Source of the DNA: Longimicrobium sp.
GTDB lineage: Bacteria > Gemmatimonadota > Gemmatimonadetes > Longimicrobiales > Longimicrobiaceae
Assembly (NCBI GenBank): GCA_035691085.1
Contig: DASSJS010000264.1
Span: 375-64,374, forward strand
Length of the DNA stretch: 64,000 nucleotides
Reading direction: 5' to 3'
Numbering within the stretch: the stretch's first letter is position 1; every line of letters starts with the position of its first letter. The notes under the pieces are model-generated. The model worked only from the letters and a program-made list of their open reading frames with translations. It had not been told where the DNA came from and did not search any database. Shown here piece by piece: positions 58,314-64,000 of this stretch. Made by a program: the position numbers and the translations under genes.

Positions 58314-59197
58314 GGCCTGTGCTCCTCGTCAATCGGGATCGGCCCGGCCGCACGCGGGCCGCGCCGCACGTCTTCGTATTCCAGCGGGCGGACCTCGTCG
58401 GGGTCCGGGTCCACGGTCTCGATCGGCTCCTCGTCGGGCAGCTTCTCCTCGAACCCCTGCAGCACCGTCCGCAGCAGCCCGTAGCCGATGTAGAGGATGG
58501 ACATGGGGAAGAAGAAGTACGCCGGGTAGGTGAAGATCGCCACGATGGCCAGCACCGCCACCAGCATGGCGAATCGCCCGCTCCAGGTGCGCAGGTTGAA
58601 CCGCGGGACCACCGGGTACAGGACGTTGCTCACCATCAGCACGGCGATGAACATCATCAGCCACCCGGCCGCGCGCCCCTCGTCCACGTGGGCGAACCAG
58701 CGGTGCCAGAGCGCCGTCTGCGTGAACGCGTAATACGTGCTCACGCAGGCGCCCGCGCTGGGCGACGGGAGGCCGTGGAAGGCCGTCTTGGCGGTGCCCG
58801 CCTGCTCGATGTTGAAGCGGGCCAGGCGGAAGATGGCGCCGGTGAGGTAGAGGAAGCTGATCAGCCAGCTCCACTCGCCGCCGTTCTTCAGGAAGGTGAA
58901 GTAGATGATGAGCGCCGGCGCCATCCCGAACGAGACGGCGTCGACCAGCGAGTCGAGCTCCTCGCCGAAGGCGCTGCCGGTGGCGGTGAAGCGCGCGATG
59001 CGACCGTCGAGCATGTCGAACACCGCCGCCAGCACGATCAGCCAGCCGGCGGTGATGAAGTCGCCCCGGGCGGCGTGGACGATGGCCCACACCCCCAGGA
59101 ACATGTTCCCCACCGTGAAGGCGCTGGGGAGGATGATGATCCCGCGCCTGAGCCGGCGCCTGCGCGCGCCCGCGACGGTGTTCGTGGGGTCCGTCAA
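58310..59197 (-). CDS. pssA: CDP-diacylglycerol--serine O-phosphatidyltransferase (CDP-alcohol phosphatidyltransferase family)
   Basis: In frame with ORF 58310..59794. Motif [31 protein letters not shown] plus multiple TM segments. The proposed TTG start at 59197 overlaps the purC stop (TTGA), and there is no earlier plausible ATG. Confidence 0.8.
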   Translation of the reverse strand: MTDPTNTVAGARRRRLRRGIIILPSAFTVGNMFLGVWAIVHAARGDFITAGWLIVLAAVFDMLDGRIARFTATGSAFGEELDSLVDAVSFGMAPALIIYFTFLKNGGEWSWLISFLYLTGAIFRLARFNIEQAGTAKTAFHGLPSPSAGACVSTYYAFTQTALWHRWFAHVDEGRAAGWLMMFIAVLMVSNVLYPVVPRFNLRTWSGRFAMLVAVLAIVAIFTYPAYFFFPMSILYIGYGLLRTVLQGFEEKLPDEEPIETVDPDPDEVRPLEYEDVRRGPRAAGPIPIDEEHRP

Positions 59198-60207
59198 CTC
59201 GCCCCTCCGTGGATCGGGAACTCGTCCAGCGTCATCCCCGTGAGCCGCCGGAACGCGTCCTGGTACCGCGCCGATGTCGCCTCGATCACTTCGGGCGGCA
59301 GCTCGGGCGCGGGGTACGCCTTGTTCCACTCGCCGCGGGCCACGAGCTGTTCCAGCCAGTCGCGCAGCGGCTGCTTGTCGAGCGAGGGCTGGCCGCGCCC
59401 CGGCGCGTAGCGCTCCGCCGGCCAGAAGCGCGAGCTGTCGGGCGTCAGCACCTCGTCCATCACGCGGATCGCCCCACCCTCGTCCCGCCCGAACTCGAAC
59501 TTGGTGTCGGCGATGATGATCCCGCGTTCCGCCGCCACCTCGCGCCCGCGGGCATACAGCGCGAGCGAGTGGGCGCGCAGCTGTCCGGCAACCTCCGCGC
59601 CCACGATCTCCGCCATCCGCCCGAAGGGGATGTTCTCGTCGTGCCCGGTCTCGGCCTTGGTGGCGGGGGAGAAGACCGGCGGATCCAGCCGGCCGCTTTC
59701 CTCCAGCCCCGCGGCCAGCGGCTCGCCGGCCAGGGTGCCGCTCTCGCGGTACTCCTTCCACGCGCTCCCGGAGAGGTAGCCGCGCACCACGCACTCAACC
59801 GGGAACGGCTCCAGCTTGCGCACCAGCATGGCGCGCCGCGCCCACTGCCCGCGCACCGGCCCCAGCGCCGGGTAGCGCGCCGCGATGGCATCCGGATCGA
59901 CCGAGATCAGGTGGTTGGGGACGATGCCGGCGGTGCGCCCGAACCACCACGCGCTGATCAGGGTGAGGACCTCGCCCTTGCGCGGCACGGGGTTGGGCAT
60001 CACCACGTCGAAGGCGCTCACGCGGTCGGTGGCCACCATCAGCAGGGCGTCGCCCAGGTCGTACACGTCCCGCACCTTCCCGCGCACGCGCAGCGGGAAG
60101 GGGAGGTCGGTGGTGACGAGCGTCGGGGTCAGGAGAATGGCTCCGATGCTTGGTTTGGCGTGGGTTGCGGAAGGCGGGAAGGTAGCGGGTGCGGCGCCGG
60201 GCGGCAA
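59194..60207 (-). CDS. purC: Phosphoribosylaminoimidazole-succinocarboxamide (SAICAR) synthase
   Basis: The ORF contains GKVRDVYDLGDALLMVATDRVSAFDVV, typical of PurC. The start is uncertain: the ATG at 60207 adds about 24 aa. Confidence 0.88.
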   Translation of the reverse strand: MPPGAAPATFPPSATHAKPSIGAILLTPTLVTTDLPFPLRVRGKVRDVYDLGDALLMVATDRVSAFDVVMPNPVPRKGEVLTLISAWWFGRTAGIVPNHLISVDPDAIAARYPALGPVRGQWARRAMLVRKLEPFPVECVVRGYLSGSAWKEYRESGTLAGEPLAAGLEESGRLDPPVFSPATKAETGHDENIPFGRMAEIVGAEVAGQLRAHSLALYARGREVAAERGIIIADTKFEFGRDEGGAIRVMDEVLTPDSSRFWPAERYAPGRGQPSLDKQPLRDWLEQLVARGEWNKAYPAPELPPEVIEATSARYQDAFRRLTGMTLDEFPIHGGAS

Positions 60208-60394
60208 CCGCGAACCCCGCCGCCGCGCGCGGCAGCCGGATCGGCTGCCTCATCCTCTCGCCCCGGTTGCGGATCGGCTCGTCACGAAGTCGTCCGGGTG
60301 CCCCGGGATGGGGCCGTTCTCAGGGTACGGACGCACATCGCCCCGCCGGCAGCCGCCAGCGCCGCGGGGCACCATCCCCGGAGAAAGGCCCGCC

Positions 60395-61954
60395 ATGAGA
60401 GCCCGCCATCCACGCACCGCCGCGCTCGCGCTGGCCGCCCTGCTGGGCGCCGGCGCCTGCACCGACCACCCCGACCCCACCGCCGTGCCGTCGCGGCCGC
60501 GCGCGGTGGTGGGGAGCCCCGGCCGGCTGCTGTACTTCGGCTACGCCGGCGAGTCGTTCGACGCCAGCTCGCTGAACGGCACCGAGTCGTACGCCAACTG
60601 GGCCGAGGCGATCACCGACACCTTTCCGTCGAGCACCTACGTGACCACGCAGGTGAACGCCTACGCCGGCCGGGGGATGAAGGTGCTGGTGGAGCTGGGC
60701 CCGCTGCTCTGGAAGGACGCCACGCCGACCTCGCCGCGCTCGCTGCGCGCCGACTACGTGCAGCGCTGGAACAGCTGGCGCGCTGCCAACGCGTCGGTGC
60801 TCAACAGTACCAATGTCCTCGGCTTCCTGATCGCCGACGAACCGCACTGGGGCGGGATCGACATGACCAAGTGGCAGGACGCGGCGGCGCTGGTGAAGAA
60901 CACCTATCCCTGGTCCAAGATCGTGATGATCGAGGCGGCGGCCGCCATCGGCGGGCCCACGCCCACGGCCGCGTGGAACAACGCGCCGGTGGTGCAGACG
61001 GTGGACTGGATCGGGATCGACCGCTACGGCCGCAACCCCGCCACCGACGACACCATCCTGACCGCCCGCACGCGGATGAAGGCGCGCTACCCGAACCGGA
61101 AGTTCGTGTACGTGGCCGACGGGTGGTTCGCCAAGGACCCCAACGTGCAGACGTACACCTACATGACGCCAGGGAACATGGGCGTGGCCATGCAGCAGTG
61201 GTACGATTTCGCCCGCGCCGACACCTCGGCCATCCTGCTGGGCACCTTCCTCTGGCCCAGCTTCGGCGAGGGGACCGGCTCGCAGCGGCTGCCGCCCTCG
61301 GCGCTGGCCAAGCACACCGAGGTGGGGCGCGCCATCACCGGCCGCTCGCGCGCCGCGGCGTACCTGCCGGTGGGCGTGATCGACACCATCACCTCGGCGG
61401 GGCTGGTGGCCGGGTGGGCCTGCGACCCCGACGCGGCCTGGGGCGAGACGGTGACCGTGCAGCTCACGCTGGCCGGCGGGAGCACGCTGACGACGAACGC
61501 CAACCTGGTGAACCCCGACACGGCGGTGATCGCGGCGTGCCGCAGCGGCGGGTACCGCAGGTTCCGCATCCAGTTCGCGGGGTACTCGGGGCAGAAGGTG
61601 ACCGGCGTGGCGTTCGACCTGAACGCCGGGTCCAGCACGCTGGAGCAGGCGAAGATGATCTGGATCCAGCCGCAGGCCAGCGCCGGGTTCGGCCCTCCGG
61701 GAAGCCTGGTGGTGGCGGGAAGCGCCAGCGGCGCGCCGGCGGGCACCGTGGTGCGCTTCTTCTGGCGCGACGTGACGGCGAACGGCCCGTGGACGCAGGA
61801 GCCCTACACGCCCACCCCCGACGCCAACGGGATCTGGTACCATGCCATCCCGAACGCCGTCTACACGCACCGCTACGCCACCTTCGCGCGGTACGACCTG
61901 GTGCAGTCCATCACCTGCACCTACTTCGGCACCAACGCCTACACCGCGTGCTGA
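60395..61954 (+). CDS. Lipoprotein, function unknown (weak guess: TIM-barrel glycoside-hydrolase-like N-terminal half plus beta-sandwich C-terminal half)
   Basis: Internal ATG (MRARHPRTAALALAALLGAGAC) of ORF 59885..61954, in frame. The functional guess rests only on the alternating beta/alpha pattern. Confidence 0.6.
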   Translation: MRARHPRTAALALAALLGAGACTDHPDPTAVPSRPRAVVGSPGRLLYFGYAGESFDASSLNGTESYANWAEAITDTFPSSTYVTTQVNAYAGRGMKVLVELGPLLWKDATPTSPRSLRADYVQRWNSWRAANASVLNSTNVLGFLIADEPHWGGIDMTKWQDAAALVKNTYPWSKIVMIEAAAAIGGPTPTAAWNNAPVVQTVDWIGIDRYGRNPATDDTILTARTRMKARYPNRKFVYVADGWFAKDPNVQTYTYMTPGNMGVAMQQWYDFARADTSAILLGTFLWPSFGEGTGSQRLPPSALAKHTEVGRAITGRSRAAAYLPVGVIDTITSAGLVAGWACDPDAAWGETVTVQLTLAGGSTLTTNANLVNPDTAVIAACRSGGYRRFRIQFAGYSGQKVTGVAFDLNAGSSTLEQAKMIWIQPQASAGFGPPGSLVVAGSASGAPAGTVVRFFWRDVTANGPWTQEPYTPTPDANGIWYHAIPNAVYTHRYATFARYDLVQSITCTYFGTNAYTAC

Positions 61955-62093
61955 GCTGGCTCGCGCGAGAGGTGGACGGATGATTGGACGCCCGCCATCG
62001 ACCATCGCGGCCGGTGGCGGGCGATGCGTTGGGCCAGCCCAGCAGGCCCTCACCCTGGCTTTCCGGCGCGACTGCGTCGCGTCCGGAAAGCCT

Positions 62094-62225
62094 GTCCCTC
62101 TCCCGAAACAGCCCGGGAGAGGGACCCGAGGGCGCTCCGCGCGGCAACTTCGAAGAAGTTGTAGTGCTCCCCTCCCCCGCGAAGCGCGGGGAGGGGCGGG
62201 GGAGGGGGCTCGCCGCGGCATGCGG
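62094..62225 (+). repeat. REP-E (62094..62125) followed by REP-B (62161..62225)
   Basis: gtccctctcccgaaacagcccgggagagggac, and gtagtgctcccctcccccgcgaagcgcggggaggggcgggggagggggctcgccgcggcatgcgg. Confidence 0.8.
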
Positions 62226-62419
62226 CAGACCGCCCCGGATCACCTCGACTCCGCTCCGCCAACCTCCGCCGCACCCATCTCCGTTGCGACGAGATTCCAT
62301 TGTGCGACCCGGCCGCCCTGTATATCATTTGTTTTGATGGCTGTAGCGCAACGTGTTTGTCCACAGTGCGTTCGCGCTCTTCCTGGCTCTCCTTCCAATC
62401 CTGCACGCACGGGTTGCCC

Positions 62420-64000
62420 ATGCGCAGGCCTCCGCTGTTCCATCATCCGATTCGAATCATCCTGGCGCTCGTGCTGCTGTGCGCGAGCGCTGCCGGCGCG
62501 CGCGCGCAGTTCACCACCGCCGCGCCGCCCCAGCGGCAGATGCCCAGCGTGATCGGCTTCTCCTCGGGCGACGCCGCCGGGCGGCTGCGGCAACTCGGCC
62601 TCACCGTCTCCACCCGCGACGTGCCGTCCGCCCAGCCGCAGGGCACGGTGATCAGCCAGCGCCCCGAGGCGGGGACGGTGATCCGGCAGGGGCAGACGGC
62701 CACGCTCGACATCTCCACCGGACAGGCGCCCGGCGAGACGCAGCAGCCGTCCGGGCAGACGGATGGGCAGCAGCGGCTGCGGACGGTGCCCGACCTGACG
62801 GGGCTGAACCGGACGGGCGTGCTGGTGGCGCTGCTCGCCGCGGGCTTGGCGCCCGGGCCGGTGGATTCGGCGACCGTGGAGGGTGCCCGCGGCGGGCGCG
62901 TGGTGGCGCAGGACCCGAAGGCGGGCGCGCAGGTGGCGCGCGGCACCCGCGTGAGCGTCACCCTGGCGCGTCACGCCACGCCGCCCGTGCAGCCGCAGCC
63001 GCAGCCGCAGCCGCAGCCCGAGCCGCGGCAGCCGCGCCCCGAGACCGTCACGGTCCCCAACCTCTCCACCCTCACCGAGGCCCAGGCGCGCACCGCGCTG
63101 GGCCGCGCGCGCCTGCTGCTGGGCGCCGCGGACAGCAGCGAGAGCGGCTTCACCGCGCCGGGGACGGTGTTCGCGCAGCGGCCCGCCGCCGGCGAGGCGG
63201 TGCCGCCCGGCACCTTCGTGACCGTCACGCTCACCCGCTCCACGCGCGTGACCATGCCCTCGCTCGTGGGCCGGCCTGTGGCCGAGGCGCGGCGCGTGCT
63301 GGCGGACGCCGGGCTGCGGGCGGGCGGCGTGACGGAGAGGGATGCGCGGGGGGCCGCCGGCCGCGTGCTCACGCAGTCCATCCCCGCGGGCACGCGCGTT
63401 CGCCCAGGGACGGCGGTGGACCTCGCCGTCTCGCGCGTCCCCGTCGCACGCCCCGACTCGCCCGCCGTCGCCACCCAGCCGCCGGCGCCGGCGCAGCGCG
63501 ACACGCCGGCGCGCGCGCAGCAGGACACACCCGTGGCGGCGCAGCCCGTGCAGCCCGTCACCGATTCAGCGGTCGCGCAGCCGGCCGATACCGCGGTTGT
63601 CACTCCGCCCGTGGTCGGCCAGCAGCCCGTCGTCCCCGCGCAGGTGCCCGCGGCGCGCGACAGGGCGCCGGTGCGGGTGGAGCTTCCCGCGCCCGGGCTG
63701 GACGGTGGCATCCCCCGCGAGGTGCTGTGGGGATTGGTCGCGCTGCTGGTGCTGATCGCCGCGGGCGTCCTCTACCGCTTCACGAGGCGTGGCGCGGAAC
63801 CGGAAGCGCCGCCCGCCGCGACGACGGCCGTGGTGCCGCCGCCGGCGGCGGGCGCGGTGCGGATGCGCGTGGGGGCGGGGGAGTGGCAGTCCGCCTCCAG
63901 CGCCGAGGGGCCCGTGCAGGGCGCGAAGCTGCGGCTGAACGTGCGCATCGCGGACCCGGTTCCCGCCGCGGAGCCGGCGGGCGGCGCGCTGGCGGCGGGG
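62420..64000 (+). CDS. Secreted multi-PASTA-domain protein with Pro-rich linkers and a C-terminal TM segment (partial, runs off the window)
   Basis: Not in the ORF track because there is no stop within the window. ATG at 62420, MRRPPLFHHPIRIILALVLLCASAAGARAQ. There are four PASTA-like units (e.g. MPSVIGFSSGDAAGRLRQLGLTVSTRDV...GTVISQRPEAGTVIRQGQTATLDIS) and a TM segment LWGLVALLVLIAAGVLY. Confidence 0.7.
   Translation, partial: MRRPPLFHHPIRIILALVLLCASAAGARAQFTTAAPPQRQMPSVIGFSSGDAAGRLRQLGLTVSTRDVPSAQPQGTVISQRPEAGTVIRQGQTATLDISTGQAPGETQQPSGQTDGQQRLRTVPDLTGLNRTGVLVALLAAGLAPGPVDSATVEGARGGRVVAQDPKAGAQVARGTRVSVTLARHATPPVQPQPQPQPQPEPRQPRPETVTVPNLSTLTEAQARTALGRARLLLGAADSSESGFTAPGTVFAQRPAAGEAVPPGTFVTVTLTRSTRVTMPSLVGRPVAEARRVLADAGLRAGGVTERDARGAAGRVLTQSIPAGTRVRPGTAVDLAVSRVPVARPDSPAVATQPPAPAQRDTPARAQQDTPVAAQPVQPVTDSAVAQPADTAVVTPPVVGQQPVVPAQVPAARDRAPVRVELPAPGLDGGIPREVLWGLVALLVLIAAGVLYRFTRRGAEPEAPPAATTAVVPPPAAGAVRMRVGAGEWQSASSAEGPVQGAKLRLNVRIADPVPAAEPAGGALAAG

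Noticed and set aside
1-64000. Scan for rRNA, tRNA, tmRNA, known riboswitches and CRISPR arrays.
   Set aside because: I recognised nothing by eye. A tRNAscan-SE, Infernal or Rfam run would be needed to exclude small RNA genes, especially in the longer intergenic regions (10270-10784, 12186-12406, 20973-21617, 36659-37072, 52730-53259).

Overview
High-GC (about 70% by eye) bacterial chromosomal segment. The ADOP-type duplicated FtsX permeases, the many lipoproteins with an AC-TD(R/H) lipobox and the dense GC-rich intergenic palindromes suggest Gemmatimonadota or Acidobacteriota, but I cannot verify this. The core backbone is on the minus strand: thrA-thrB-thrC with a candidate Thr-codon leader-peptide attenuator, and a purine cluster purC-pssA-purS-purQ / BamE-like / purL / purF. 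Other backbone genes are an S41 C-terminal processing peptidase, a MacAB-type efflux operon (small membrane protein, HlyD adaptor, ABC ATPase, two ADOP permeases) beside a sigma-54-type two-component pair, a di-haem cytochrome c peroxidase fused to a cupredoxin, an MSOX/SolA-like oxidase and an aldo/keto reductase. Surface and accessory content includes three paralogous Ig-like (BIG2) lipoproteins, a tail-fibre-like protein with an S74 chaperone domain, three tandem mini-lipoprotein genes sharing an invariant leader, and three dispersed Cys-rich RiPP-precursor-like peptides with a common leader. At least five dispersed repeat families are present. The region from about 39 to 49.6 kb is a compositional mosaic. 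Its centre (40.85-45.77 kb, about 50% GC by eye) is a tightly coupled four-gene operon preceded by a small HTH gene: a PRTase-like protein, an ORC/Cdc6-like P-loop ATPase, an unknown Rossmann-like protein and a gamma-class N6-adenine DNA methyltransferase. It has no recognisable nuclease, helicase or PglZ and matches no defence system I can name. This is my top candidate for an undescribed methylation-linked defence or DNA-modification system. Two nearby gene cassettes are each bracketed by direct duplications of a gene 3' end plus its terminator hairpin. I recognised no rRNA, tRNA, CRISPR array, integrase or transposase. All coordinates come from the ORF track plus manual reading, so internal starts are inferred.
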